The notes below the pieces were generated by a model that saw only the letters and a program-made list of their open reading frames with translations, had not been told where the DNA came from and ran no database searches. DNA of 64,000 nucleotides from positions 416,001 through 480,000 of the forward strand of contig CAVQYR010000001.1 in the NCBI GenBank assembly GCA_963718235.1, in the 5' to 3' direction. Shown here piece after piece: positions 39,804-49,146 of this stretch. The position numbers and the translations under genes are program-made. Positions within the stretch are counted from its first letter, which is position 1. Every line of letters begins with the position of its first letter. This stretch comes from an uncultured Actinomycetota bacterium. Lineage in GTDB: Bacteria > Actinomycetota > Actinomycetes > JAHEKZ01.

Positions 39804-40550
39804 GTGCCCGTGGACCCGTTCGCGTCGTTGATGACCCTGCCCGGCGTGTTCGAAGCGGTTGACGCGTCGCGGGCAGGGGTCGATGCCCTGCTCAAGGAGC
39901 GTGTGCTGCGACAGCGCCGGGCCGAGGTCAGGTCCGAGTCGCTGCGACGGGGTGCCTGGGCCTCGGTGGTGCTCGGCGGCCGCGACGTCAGCCTGGACAC
40001 GTTCGAGGCGCCGTTCCCCGACACCGACGACGGCCGGTGGTGCGCGGCGTCCCTGCGGCTCACGACCGAGCTGAGGACGCTGTCGGACACCTGGGGCAGT
40101 GCGCCCCTTCAGGCGCTGGCCCGGGTCCACGCACTCGTCGCGGGCGAGTTCGTCTCGCCGGACGAGCTGGGCCGACCGAGAAGGGACCCGGAGGTCTCGA
40201 GGCGGCTGGCCCAGCTGTCCGACCTGCTCGCAGCGCCGACCGAGGGGGCTGCAGTGGTGGTGGCGGCGGTCGTGCACGGTGAGGTGCTCGCACTGCAGCC
40301 GTTCACCTGGGGCAACGACCTGGTCGCGCGTGCGGCGCAACGCCTGGTGCTCATCGAGCGGGGGGTCGACCCCGACGCTCTCAGCGTGCCGGAGGCGGGT
40401 CTGCTGGAGCTTGGCCGCGAGCGCTACCTCGAGGCGCTCGACGGGTACTCCTCCGCGACCCCAGAGGGCGTCGCGGGCTGGTTGGTCCATATCGCCGGCA
40501 GCATCGCTCGTGGTGCCGCTGTCGGGCGTCAGGTGTGCGCGCAGTGGTGA
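39804..40550 (+). CDS. Conserved Fic-fold-like protein (Rv3662c-type)
   Basis: PLQALARVH, LGRPR, HGEVLALQPFTWGNDLVARA (degenerate Fic motif); conserved position between acs and the HAD gene. Confidence 0.75.
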   Translation: MPVDPFASLMTLPGVFEAVDASRAGVDALLKERVLRQRRAEVRSESLRRGAWASVVLGGRDVSLDTFEAPFPDTDDGRWCAASLRLTTELRTLSDTWGSAPLQALARVHALVAGEFVSPDELGRPRRDPEVSRRLAQLSDLLAAPTEGAAVVVAAVVHGEVLALQPFTWGNDLVARAAQRLVLIERGVDPDALSVPEAGLLELGRERYLEALDGYSSATPEGVAGWLVHIAGSIARGAAVGRQVCAQW

Positions 40551-40587
40551 TCGGTCAGGCAGCGAGGTCGGCGGCGACGTCCACCGC

Positions 40588-41406
40588 TCATCCGGTCGGG
40601 TGGCTGCGTCGGCTGGCGAGCCAGACGATCCCGGCGGCCGCACCCGCCGCCGCCCCGGCCGCGACCGCCCCGGCGGCCAGACGCTGCTTGGGTGGGATCT
40701 CTGCGACGCGCGGCAGCCGACGACGCATGGCCACCGGGGTGGCGAACGTGAGCTGCTCCCAGCCGCTCTCCTCGGCAACCTTGCGCAGCCCTCGGTCCGC
40801 GTTGACGGCGACCGGGTGGCCCACGGCGTCGAGCATCGGCACGTCGGTCACCGAGTCGCTGTACGCGTAGCTCGCATCCAGGTCGTAGCCCTTCTCCTGC
40901 GCCAGCTGGGTCACTGCCACAGCCTTGTTGTCCCCGTAGGCGTAGAAGTCGATCTCGCCGGTGTAGGCGCCGGCCTCGACCACCATGCGGGTGGCCAGCG
41001 CGTGGTCGGCGCCGAGCATGGCGCCGATCGGCTCGACCACCGCTGATCCCGAGGACGAGACGATGACGACGTCACGCCCCGCAGCGTGGTGCTCCTCGAT
41101 CAGGGTGACGGCCTCGTCGTACACGATCGGGTCGATGAGCTCGTGGAGGGTCTCGTGCACGATCTCGTCGACCTGGTCCACCGGCCACCCGGTCACCAGG
41201 CTCTGCAGGTAGGCCCTCATCCGTTCCATCTGGTCGTGGTCTGCGCCGCCTACGAGGAACACGAACTGGGCGAAACCGCTTCGCAGCACAGCGCGTCGGT
41301 TGATCAGTCCGCCCTTGTAGAAGGGGCGGCTGAACGCCAGGGAGCTGGACTTGGCGATGATGGTCTTGTCCAGGTCGAAGAACGCGGCCGAACGGGTCGG
41401 ATTCAC
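40588..41406 (-). CDS. HAD-IB family hydrolase (Rv3661-type)
   Basis: AAFFDLDKT, IVSSS, YGDNKA, AYSDSVTDVPML; TATCCT -10 six nt before GTG 41406. Confidence 0.93.
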   Translation of the reverse strand: MNPTRSAAFFDLDKTIIAKSSSLAFSRPFYKGGLINRRAVLRSGFAQFVFLVGGADHDQMERMRAYLQSLVTGWPVDQVDEIVHETLHELIDPIVYDEAVTLIEEHHAAGRDVVIVSSSGSAVVEPIGAMLGADHALATRMVVEAGAYTGEIDFYAYGDNKAVAVTQLAQEKGYDLDASYAYSDSVTDVPMLDAVGHPVAVNADRGLRKVAEESGWEQLTFATPVAMRRRLPRVAEIPPKQRLAAGAVAAGAAAGAAAGIVWLASRRSHPTG

Positions 41407-41546
41407 CCCTCGAGGATAGGTCGCGCCCGACAGGTCCGCGGATCGGCCGATTTCGCGACTCGCCGGACGCGGAATGCGCGAGTTGTTTGCAGACCGCGCG
41501 GCGGTGTGTACACGATGGGCCACGTCGGTCCCTCGGGATCGACGAT

Positions 41547-41611
41547 GCGCATGGCAGCACCCCCCGGCCATGCGCCCTGCGGCCCCCGCTCTCCCCCCGA
41601 GCGGGGGCCGC
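41547..41611 (+). ncRNA. 6C RNA
   Basis: Two adjacent hairpins (GCGCATGGC/GCCATGCGC and GCGGCCCCCGCTC/GAGCGGGGGCCGC), each with a C6 loop, at the usual position between the HAD gene and ssd. Confidence 0.88.
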
Positions 41612-41733
41612 TCCGCGCTTCGTCCACAGGCGTTTGCTCGATGCTCGTCATCCCCACCCTCAGCCGTGCGCGTCATTCCCCTGCTTGCGACCTTCGAGGC
41701 TCGCTGCACGTGCCCGCGCAGCTGGAGGTCTCG

Positions 41734-42846
41734 ATGACGACGGACAAGGCCTGGACAACAAGCTCCTCCGAAGCGACGCCGGCCACCGCGACGCGACCAC
41801 TCCTGGTGTCCGGCGACGACGACGTCCTGGACGCCGTCCTCCGGGTGGCCGCGGCGGTGGGCGTCGACGTCGAGGTGGCGCACGACCTCGGAGGTGCTCG
41901 CACCGGGTGGGCGGCCGCGCCACTCGTCCTGGTGGGCCACGACCGGCTGACGGCGCTGGTCACGTCGTCCCTGCCCCGACGCTCCCACGTGGTCGTCGTC
42001 GGCGTCGATGCCGACGACGTGGCCCTCTGGCGTCGTGCGGTCGACCTTCGGGTGGAGCACGTGGTGTTCCTGCCGACGGCCGACTCGTGGCTGGCCGACC
42101 GGCTGTCCGACCTCGAGGCCGGAACACCGTCGGCCACCGTGCTCGGAGTGGTCGGCGGCTGTGGGGGCGCCGGCGCCAGCACCGTGGCAGCAGCGCTCGC
42201 GGTCGCTGCGGCTCGAAGCCGGCGGAGCCCACTGCTGGTCGACGCGGATCCGCTGGGCGGAGGGCTCGACCTCCTCCTCGCCGCCGAGGACGCGGCCGGC
42301 TCGCGCTGGGCCGACCTCACCGACGCCCGCGGTCGAGTCGCTGCCTCGACCCTCGCCCACGTCCTGCCCCAGGTCATGGGTGTCTCGGTGCTCGCCTGGT
42401 CTCGTGACGGCGCTCCCACGGTTCCGGTCGAGGCGGCGGCGGCGGTGCTCGACGGCGCCCGTCGTGGCAGCGACGTCGTGGTGGTCGACCTGCCGAGAAC
42501 CCCTGACGACGTGTCGCGACTCCTGCTGCAGCACGTGCAGACACTGTTCGTGGTCGTTCCGGCCCGGGTGCGTGCGATCGCGGCCAGTCGAGCGCTGCTG
42601 CGCCGCCTCGAACCCGCGGTCGGTGACCAGCGGATCGTCGTCCGGGGACCGGCTCCCGGTGGTCTCCGGACCGAGGACGTCCGGCGTGCGCTCGAACGAC
42701 CCGTCGTCGGCTGGCTGGACCACGACCCGGCCCGGGCGGTCGACGAGGAGTCCGGCGAGCCACCCGGGCTCGACGAGCGAAGCGAGACCGGCCGGCTCGT
42801 GCGCCGCCTGCTCGCCGAGCTGGACGGGCAGACGAAGGCGGCATGA
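41734..42846 (+). CDS. ssd: Septum site-determining protein Ssd (TadZ/CpaE-like)
   Basis: VVGGCGGAGAST, LVDADPLGGGLDLLL, RWADL, VVVDLPR; GGAGG RBS; first gene of the Tad cluster. Confidence 0.9.
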   Translation: MTTDKAWTTSSSEATPATATRPLLVSGDDDVLDAVLRVAAAVGVDVEVAHDLGGARTGWAAAPLVLVGHDRLTALVTSSLPRRSHVVVVGVDADDVALWRRAVDLRVEHVVFLPTADSWLADRLSDLEAGTPSATVLGVVGGCGGAGASTVAAALAVAAARSRRSPLLVDADPLGGGLDLLLAAEDAAGSRWADLTDARGRVAASTLAHVLPQVMGVSVLAWSRDGAPTVPVEAAAAVLDGARRGSDVVVVDLPRTPDDVSRLLLQHVQTLFVVVPARVRAIAASRALLRRLEPAVGDQRIVVRGPAPGGLRTEDVRRALERPVVGWLDHDPARAVDEESGEPPGLDERSETGRLVRRLLAELDGQTKAA

Positions 42847-44039
42847 CGACCGCAGCCTTCACACCGCCCCGCAGCGGGCCGGTCCGACTGGTCGACCGTG
42901 CGCTGGTCGAGCGGGTGCGCGGACGGTTGGTCCGTGACGCCGTCGATCCCACCCCGACCGCCGTCGCCTCGGCCCTCCTGGCTGAGGGACGCGTGCTCGG
43001 CGACGCGGGGGTGCGCTCGGTGGTCGATGCCCTCCATGCCGAGCTCGTGGGTCTTGGTCCGCTGCAGGCTCTCGTCGACGACCCCGCCGTGACCGACGTC
43101 CTCGTGGTCGGAGCCGACCAGGTCTGGGTCGACGACGGCGACGGGCTGCGTCGGGTGCCACTCGCCTTTCGGGACGACGCCGAGCTGGTCGCCCTGGCCC
43201 AACGCCTGGCCGTCTCGTGTGGGCGCCGGCTCGACGACGCCCAACCGTTCGTCGACGCCCGGCTCCCGGACGGCGTCCGGTTGCATGCCGTCCTCCCACC
43301 GGTGGCAGACGTTGCGTGCCTGTCCCTGAGGCTCGGCCGAACCAACGCCTTCACCCTCGACGAGCTGGTCGACCTCGGGGCCATGCATCCAGAGCTGGCC
43401 GCTCTCGTCGCCCGGGTGGTCAGCCGCCGGCTCGCCTTCCTCGTCACCGGGGGAACGGGGTCGGGCAAGACCACGCTGCTCGCCGCGCTGCTCGGTCTGG
43501 TTCCTGCTGCGCACCGTCTGGTCCTGGTCGAGGACACCGCCGAGCTGACGCCCGACCACCCACACGTGGTGCGGCTGCAGTCACGGCCACCGAACGTCGA
43601 GGGCAGCGGCGAGGTCACGCTGCGCACCCTGGTGCGCCAGGCGCTGCGCATGCGTCCTGACCGGCTGGTCGTGGGTGAGGTGCGTGGAGCGGAGGTCGTC
43701 GACCTGCTGGCGGCCCTGAACACGGGTCACGAGGGTGGGTGCGGCACTCTGCACGCCAACTCCGCGCGCGACGTCCCGGCCAGGATCGAGGCGCTTGCGG
43801 CGCCCGGTGGACTCGACCGGCACGCTGCGCACAGCCAGCTGGCCTCAGCCCTCGACGTCATCCTCCACCTGGAGCGGGGCGCCGGCGGGGAACGGACGCT
43901 CACCTCGGTCGGTGTGCTCGACCGCCAGGCAGACGGCGTCGTGGAGGTCGTGGAGGCCGTGCGCCGCACGGACAACGAGTGCCGGCCCGGTCCGGGGTGG
44001 GCCGCCCTTCAGCGACGACTCGAGAGGGTTGACCCGTGA
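42843..44039 (+). CDS. cpaF: TadA/CpaF pilus assembly ATPase
   Basis: GLGPLQAL..DP.VTDVLV, GGTGSGKTT, ALRMRPDRLVVGEVRG, NTGHEG..GTLHAN. Confidence 0.93.
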   Translation: MTTAAFTPPRSGPVRLVDRALVERVRGRLVRDAVDPTPTAVASALLAEGRVLGDAGVRSVVDALHAELVGLGPLQALVDDPAVTDVLVVGADQVWVDDGDGLRRVPLAFRDDAELVALAQRLAVSCGRRLDDAQPFVDARLPDGVRLHAVLPPVADVACLSLRLGRTNAFTLDELVDLGAMHPELAALVARVVSRRLAFLVTGGTGSGKTTLLAALLGLVPAAHRLVLVEDTAELTPDHPHVVRLQSRPPNVEGSGEVTLRTLVRQALRMRPDRLVVGEVRGAEVVDLLAALNTGHEGGCGTLHANSARDVPARIEALAAPGGLDRHAAHSQLASALDVILHLERGAGGERTLTSVGVLDRQADGVVEVVEAVRRTDNECRPGPGWAALQRRLERVDP

Positions 44040-44040
44040 C

Positions 44041-44766
44041 ATGGCCGCACTGGTGCTGGCACCGGCGCTCGTCGCCGTCGCGGTGTGGCTCCTGGACCGT
44101 CCGCGTCGCAGAGCCCGCGAACGCTTCCTCGCCCTGCGTCGTGACGATCGTCTGTCCTCCCCGAGCCGGCGGACGGCGGCACGCGGTCGGGAGTCCACCA
44201 TCCTGCAGTTCGTCGACGCGGTCGTCGCCGAGCTCGACGCCGGGGCACCACCGACCGGAGCCGTGCAGGTCGCCGCTGCCGCGCTCGGACACGATCCCGT
44301 GCTCGCGGCCCTGGCCAGGCACGCTGCGCTCGGCGGCGACGTGGTCGCCGCCCTGCACCGCGCAGCCGACGCCCCCCGGGCCGGCGCCCTGCGCAAGGTG
44401 GCGGCCTGTCTGCAGGTGACCGCCCAGTCCGGTGCCGGTCTGGGAACGGCGCTGCGCAGGGTCTCCGACGGGGTCCGCGACGAGCTGGCGCTCTCCCGCG
44501 AGGTCGCGGGGCAGCTGGCCGCCCCGCGGGCCACGGCGAAGCTCTTGGCCGGTCTGCCCTTCATGGTGTGGCTGATGGGCTACGGGCTCGGAGCCGACCC
44601 GCTGAGGGTCCTGCTCACCACCCCCTACGGATGGGCGTGCGTCGTCGTGGGCGTCGGGCTCGAGGTCCTCGGGCTCGTGTGGGTCGAGCGGCAGGCCCGC
44701 GCGGTGACCGCGAGGGTGACCGCCGAGGGTGACCGCAGAGTGAGGGAGGACCGGTGCTCGTCCTGA
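44041..44766 (+). CDS. tadB: TadB-like (T2SS F family) membrane protein
   Basis: AEL.AG..P, SGAGL..AL, QLA.PRATA.LLAGLP, LGADPL. Confidence 0.82.
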   Translation: MAALVLAPALVAVAVWLLDRPRRRARERFLALRRDDRLSSPSRRTAARGRESTILQFVDAVVAELDAGAPPTGAVQVAAAALGHDPVLAALARHAALGGDVVAALHRAADAPRAGALRKVAACLQVTAQSGAGLGTALRRVSDGVRDELALSREVAGQLAAPRATAKLLAGLPFMVWLMGYGLGADPLRVLLTTPYGWACVVVGVGLEVLGLVWVERQARAVTARVTAEGDRRVREDRCSS

Positions 44767-45491
44767 TCGCGGTGCTGAGCGGCGGAGCGGCGGTCTGGCT
44801 GTGGGGCCGCTCGCCGCCCAGCGTGACGACCCGGCGCCGCCTCGAGGGCGTGGTGGGCCGAGACCGTCAGCAGCGCACGACGGGGGGTGCGGGCGATCCC
44901 CCGGGCCGGTTGCACCGTGGCGTCGCCTCGGTGGTCGCAGCCCTGGCGGTGTTCGCGCTGCTGGGGGGTCCGGCCGGCGTCGCGGCTGCCGTGGTCGTCG
45001 CGGTCTGGGTGCCCCGGTGGCTGGGCGGGCTCGAACCTCGGGCCGCACGGCGGCGCCGGGAGGCGCGTGCTGCCGAGCTCCCGCTGGTGGTCGACCTGCT
45101 CGCGGCCTGCCTGGCCGCCGGAGCCGCTCCCGCTGCGGCGCTGCAGGCGGTAGCGGGTGCGAGCACCTCCACGGTCGGCTGGGACCTCGACACCGCGGCG
45201 CGCGCCCTTCGGGCAGGGGCGACACCGTCGGAGGCGTTCCGGGCGCTTCCGCTCGACCTCGAGGTCCTCGCCAGGGTGTTCGACCGAAGCAGTCGCACCG
45301 GTGCATCCGTCGCGCACCTGCTTGCCGCGTCGGCCGAGCAGCTGCGCGCCGACGAACGCGCCGCCCGGCTCGACAGCGCCCGTCGTCTCGGGGTGAAGGC
45401 CGCGGCGCCGCTGGGGTTGTGCTTCCTGCCCGGGTTCGTGGTGCTCGGGCTCGTCCCGGTGGTCGTCGGGCTTGTCGGCTCGCTGGTCTGA
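44754..45491 (+). CDS. tadC: TadC-like (T2SS F family) membrane protein
   Basis: DLLAACLAAGA, PLGLCFLPGFVVLGLVPVV. Confidence 0.85.
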   Translation: MLVLIAVLSGGAAVWLWGRSPPSVTTRRRLEGVVGRDRQQRTTGGAGDPPGRLHRGVASVVAALAVFALLGGPAGVAAAVVVAVWVPRWLGGLEPRAARRRREARAAELPLVVDLLAACLAAGAAPAAALQAVAGASTSTVGWDLDTAARALRAGATPSEAFRALPLDLEVLARVFDRSSRTGASVAHLLAASAEQLRADERAARLDSARRLGVKAAAPLGLCFLPGFVVLGLVPVVVGLVGSLV

Positions 45492-45635
45492 GCACCGTCC
45501 ACAAACCGATCCACACCGCGGCATCCCCAGAACCTGCGGGGTCACTGCCGCGGTAGCGCGACACCGACGACGCTTCCCCGCGACCTGACCAGGTCACACG
45601 TGCCGGCCGTACGCCGGTGAGTTCGGGAGGTTCAC

Positions 45636-45815
45636 ATGCGTCAGGCACTTCTCTTGCGCGCACGGGGAGACGCGGGCATGACTACCGCCGAGTACGCGGT
45701 CGGCACGGTGGCCGCGTGCGGCTTCGGGGGACTGCTGCTGAAGCTGCTCAGCAGCGACACGGTCATGCAGCTCCTGCTCGACGTCATCAAGCATGCCTTC
45801 GACTTCTTGTTCTGA
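45636..45815 (+). CDS. Flp-type pilin (DUF4244), 59 aa, missing from the ORF track
   Basis: MRQALLLRARGDAG/MTTAEYAVGTVAACGFGGLL with prepilin cleavage motif G|MxxxEY; GGGAGG RBS. Confidence 0.9.
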   Translation: MRQALLLRARGDAGMTTAEYAVGTVAACGFGGLLLKLLSSDTVMQLLLDVIKHAFDFLF

Positions 45816-45825
45816 GGCGTCGCCG

Positions 45826-46230
45826 ATGCGCCGGGTCGGGAGTGGTCGTCGACGTGCGACCACTCCCGACCGGGGCGCGGTGACAGCGGAGATGGCGGTG
45901 GTCCTGCCGGTGCTGCTCGTCGTCGTGTCGCTGGCCCTGGCCGCCCTTGGGCACGGCATCACCGTGGTCCGGGCCACCGACGCTGCACGTGCCGCAGCGC
46001 GGTCCGCCGCACGCGGCGACGCCGACGCGGTGGCCCTGGGGCTGGCCCGACGTGAGCTGCCCGAGTCGGCGTCGGTCCGGTTGGCCCGCGCCGGTACCGA
46101 CATCACGGTGACCGTGACCGTGCCCGGCCCCCGCGTCGTCCTGGGATTCCGGCTGCCCTCGGTCTCGGCCGCGGCCGTCTCGGTCGCCGAGCCGGGTTCG
46201 GTCGCGGGCCTGGCGCCGGAGTGGCCGTGA
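45826..46230 (+). CDS. tadE: TadE-family minor pilin
   Basis: DRG|AVTAEMAVVLP, DAARAAARSAARG. Confidence 0.88.
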   Translation: MRRVGSGRRRATTPDRGAVTAEMAVVLPVLLVVVSLALAALGHGITVVRATDAARAAARSAARGDADAVALGLARRELPESASVRLARAGTDITVTVTVPGPRVVLGFRLPSVSAAAVSVAEPGSVAGLAPEWP

Positions 46231-46820
46231 CTCCTGGGCGACGGGCAGCGGGAGGCCACCAGCCCAACCGTGACGACGGCTCGGCCACCGTGTGGGTGCT
46301 GGTCGCCGCACTCGCCCTCTCGGCGATGACGGCGCTGGGGCTGTGGGTGGCCTCGGTGACCGCCGCCCACCGAAGGGCAGCCGGAGCGGCCGACCTCTCG
46401 GCGCTGGCCGCAGCCGCCACCCTCGCCGACGCCGTGGCGCCGGGGAGTGACCTGACCGGGTCGGTCACGCGGGCCTGTGCCGAGGCCGACCGGGTCGCGA
46501 CCCTCAACGGGGCTGAGCTGGTCTCCTGCCGGATCGAGGCCGACGGCTCGGTCCGGGTGCTGGCTTCGGTCGCGGTGCCCCTGATGCCGCCGGTCGTCGT
46601 CGCCGCCCGGGCGGGCTACGGCTCGACCGGCTCCTTCGCCTGGTCGTCGGGCGCCCCACCCAGCACGGCGTGCAGCAGCGCCACCGCGCCGTCCTTGTCG
46701 AGCGGGTCGTTGCCGTTGCCGCACTTGGGCGACTGCACACAGGAGGGGCAGCCCTCGGCGCAGCTGCAGTCGCCGATCGCGGCCCGCGTGGCCTCCAGCC
46801 AGGCGCGGGCGTCGCCGTAG
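46227..46820 (+). CDS. TadE-like (Rv3654c-type) minor pilin with an extended C-terminus overlapping the helicase gene
   Basis: DDG|SATVW, HRRAAGAADLSALAAA, C..A.RVA..NGA.LVSC, AARAG. Confidence 0.8.
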   Translation: MTPGRRAAGGHQPNRDDGSATVWVLVAALALSAMTALGLWVASVTAAHRRAAGAADLSALAAAATLADAVAPGSDLTGSVTRACAEADRVATLNGAELVSCRIEADGSVRVLASVAVPLMPPVVVAARAGYGSTGSFAWSSGAPPSTACSSATAPSLSSGSLPLPHLGDCTQEGQPSAQLQSPIAARVASSQARASP

Positions 46821-48958
46821 CCCCGCTCGGCGAACCCGGCACCACCGGCCTGGCCGTCGTAGACGAACACGGTCGGACGTCCGGTGTCGGGGTGCAGCGC
46901 GGTGGACACGCCCCCGATGTCCCAGCGGTCGCAGGTCGCGACCAGGGGGAGCAGGCCGATCGATGCGTGCTCGGCGGCGTGGAGGGCGCCGGGCAGGTCG
47001 GGCTCGGCCACTCCCGCTGCGACCACCTGCTCGGGGGCGAGGGTCCACCACATCGACTTCGTGGTCAGGGTCCGGGCCGGAAGCTCGAGGGCCTCCTCGC
47101 CGAGCACCTCGCCGGTCGCGATCCGTTTGCGCAGGAAGCCGACCACCTGCCGGGTGACCTCCACGACACCGAACGACAGCTGGGTCGCCCCCCACGCCTG
47201 GCTGCGCAGGGACTCGGTGATCCGCAGCTCGGTCACCTCGCGCGCCGAGGTCGTCCAGTCGGGGTCGTCGCGGTGCACGAGAGCCACACCGTCGTCCAGC
47301 TCCAAGGAGTCGACGACGAAGCTCTGGCCCTGGTGCACGTAGACCGCTCCGCGATGCACGGTCGAGTGCGCGGCACCCGGGTCGACCGTCCCCAGCAGTC
47401 GTCCGGTGCTCGACTCCACGACGCGCACCGGTGCCCCGCCGATGCCGCGGAGGTCCGCCAGGTCGGACGCCCGCTCACGCTTGGTCCAGTACCAGCCGGT
47501 CGGACGACGGCGCAGCCAGCCACGTTCGACCAGGTCGTCGACCACGGCGGCCGAGGCCGGACCGAAGCGCACGAGGTCGGTGTCGGTCAGCGGAAGCTCG
47601 GAGGCTGCCGCGGCCAGGTGGGGAGCCAGGACGTACGGGTTGTCCGGGTCGAGCACGGTGGCCTCCACGGGCTGACCGAACACGGCCTCGGGGTGGTGCA
47701 CAAGGTAGGTGTCGAGCGGGTCGTCGCGGGCGACCAGAACTGCGAGTGCGGCCTGGCCGGCCCGTCCGGCCCGTCCGGCCTGCTGCCACAGCGACGCGCG
47801 GGTCCCCGGCCACCCGGCGAGCACGACGGCGTCCAGACCCGTCACGTCGACGCCGAGCTCAAGCGCGCTGGTCGCCGCGACCCCCAGCAGCTCGCCGCTG
47901 TGCAGGGCCCGCTCCACGCTGCGCCGTTCCTCCGGCAGGTATCCCGAGCGGTAGGCGGCGACACGCCGTCCCAGGGCGGGATCGATCTCCTGCAAGGCGT
48001 TGCGAGCCAACAGGGCGACCACCTCGGCCCCGCGGCGCGACTGCACGAAGGCGAGGGAACGCGCGCTCTCCAGCACGAGGTCGGTCAGCAGGTCCGCGGC
48101 CTCGGCGGTCGCCGTGCGTCGGACCGGTGCGCCGCGCTCTCCCGAGAGCTCGGTGAACGGAGGCTCCCACAGTGCGAACGCGACCGGGCCACGAGGCGAG
48201 GCATCGTCGACGACGGCACGGACGTCGACCCCGGTCAGGAGGCTCGCGGTCACCTCCGGCTGGGAGACCGTGGCCGACGCGAGCAGGAACACCGGGTCGC
48301 TGCCGTAGCGCTCACTCACTCGGTGCAGCCGCCTCATCACGGCAGCGACGTGCGAGCCGAACACCCCCCGGTAGGTGTGCACCTCGTCGACGACCACGTA
48401 GCGCAGCGCCCGCAGGAAGGAGGCCCATCGGGCATGACCGGGCAGCATCGAGTGATGGAGCATGTCGGGGTTGGTGAGCACGACGTTGGCGTGGGCCCTC
48501 ACCCAGTCGCGCTCCTCGGCTGGGGTGTCTCCGTCGTAGGTGGCGGCGCGAACCCCGGGAAGGTCGAGTGACTCGATCCGCCGCAGCTGGTCGGCGGCCA
48601 GGGCCTTGGTCGGCGCGAGGTACAGGGCCGTAGCCCCACGCCCGTTGGGCGCGCCGCTGCCCTCCATCGCTGCCGTGAGCACGGGCAGCAGGTAGGCCAG
48701 CGACTTGCCCGACGCCGTCCCCGTGGCCACCACGACCGAGCGGCCCGCCCGGGCCAGGTCGGCCACCTCGCGCTGGTGGGCCCACGGGGCCCCGATGCCC
48801 TGGGCCAGCAGCGACTCCCGGAACGGGGTGGGCAGCCAGTCCGGCCACGCCGTCGTCCGGCCGGGGCGGGCCGGCAGCCGCTCGACGTGGGTGACCCGGT
48901 CGGCCCGTCCCGGGGCGGCCAGGAGCCGGGCCAGGAGGTCGCCGTCCGGGTCGTCCAC
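46616..48958 (-). CDS. DEAD/DEAH-box helicase with C-terminal DUF1998 (SftH/Hrq1/MrfA-like)
   Basis: GTASGKS, PTKALA, DEVH, SAT, QAGRAGR, C.C..GCPSCVQSPKCGNGN. Confidence 0.93.
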   Translation of the reverse strand: MDDPDGDLLARLLAAPGRADRVTHVERLPARPGRTTAWPDWLPTPFRESLLAQGIGAPWAHQREVADLARAGRSVVVATGTASGKSLAYLLPVLTAAMEGSGAPNGRGATALYLAPTKALAADQLRRIESLDLPGVRAATYDGDTPAEERDWVRAHANVVLTNPDMLHHSMLPGHARWASFLRALRYVVVDEVHTYRGVFGSHVAAVMRRLHRVSERYGSDPVFLLASATVSQPEVTASLLTGVDVRAVVDDASPRGPVAFALWEPPFTELSGERGAPVRRTATAEAADLLTDLVLESARSLAFVQSRRGAEVVALLARNALQEIDPALGRRVAAYRSGYLPEERRSVERALHSGELLGVAATSALELGVDVTGLDAVVLAGWPGTRASLWQQAGRAGRAGQAALAVLVARDDPLDTYLVHHPEAVFGQPVEATVLDPDNPYVLAPHLAAAASELPLTDTDLVRFGPASAAVVDDLVERGWLRRRPTGWYWTKRERASDLADLRGIGGAPVRVVESSTGRLLGTVDPGAAHSTVHRGAVYVHQGQSFVVDSLELDDGVALVHRDDPDWTTSAREVTELRITESLRSQAWGATQLSFGVVEVTRQVVGFLRKRIATGEVLGEEALELPARTLTTKSMWWTLAPEQVVAAGVAEPDLPGALHAAEHASIGLLPLVATCDRWDIGGVSTALHPDTGRPTVFVYDGQAGGAGFAERGYGDARAWLEATRAAIGDCSCAEGCPSCVQSPKCGNGNDPLDKDGAVALLHAVLGGAPDDQAKEPVEP

Positions 48959-49146
48959 CGCCGCAGTCTCCCAAACGGGTCCCAACAGCCCCTCAGGCCA
49001 CGAGTCGGCGGGCCGCGGGCGAGGAGAGCGAGCTTCGCCTCGGAATCGGCGGACCCGGGCGACAGCGCCGAGAGCGGCTGCGTAAACTCCGCCACGCCCC
49101 GTGCCCCTCGTGCGCCGGGGTTCGACGTTTCCGTACAGGAGGACGA

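Noticed and set aside
44703-44736. Three GGTGACCGC copies at the tadB 3' end
   Set aside because: Short imperfect duplication in a non-conserved tail; the frame stays open to a stop overlapping tadC.
41734-46820. Tad cluster as a conjugative element or novel secretion system
   Set aside because: Standard chromosomal actinobacterial ssd-tad cluster; no relaxase, coupling protein or integrase.
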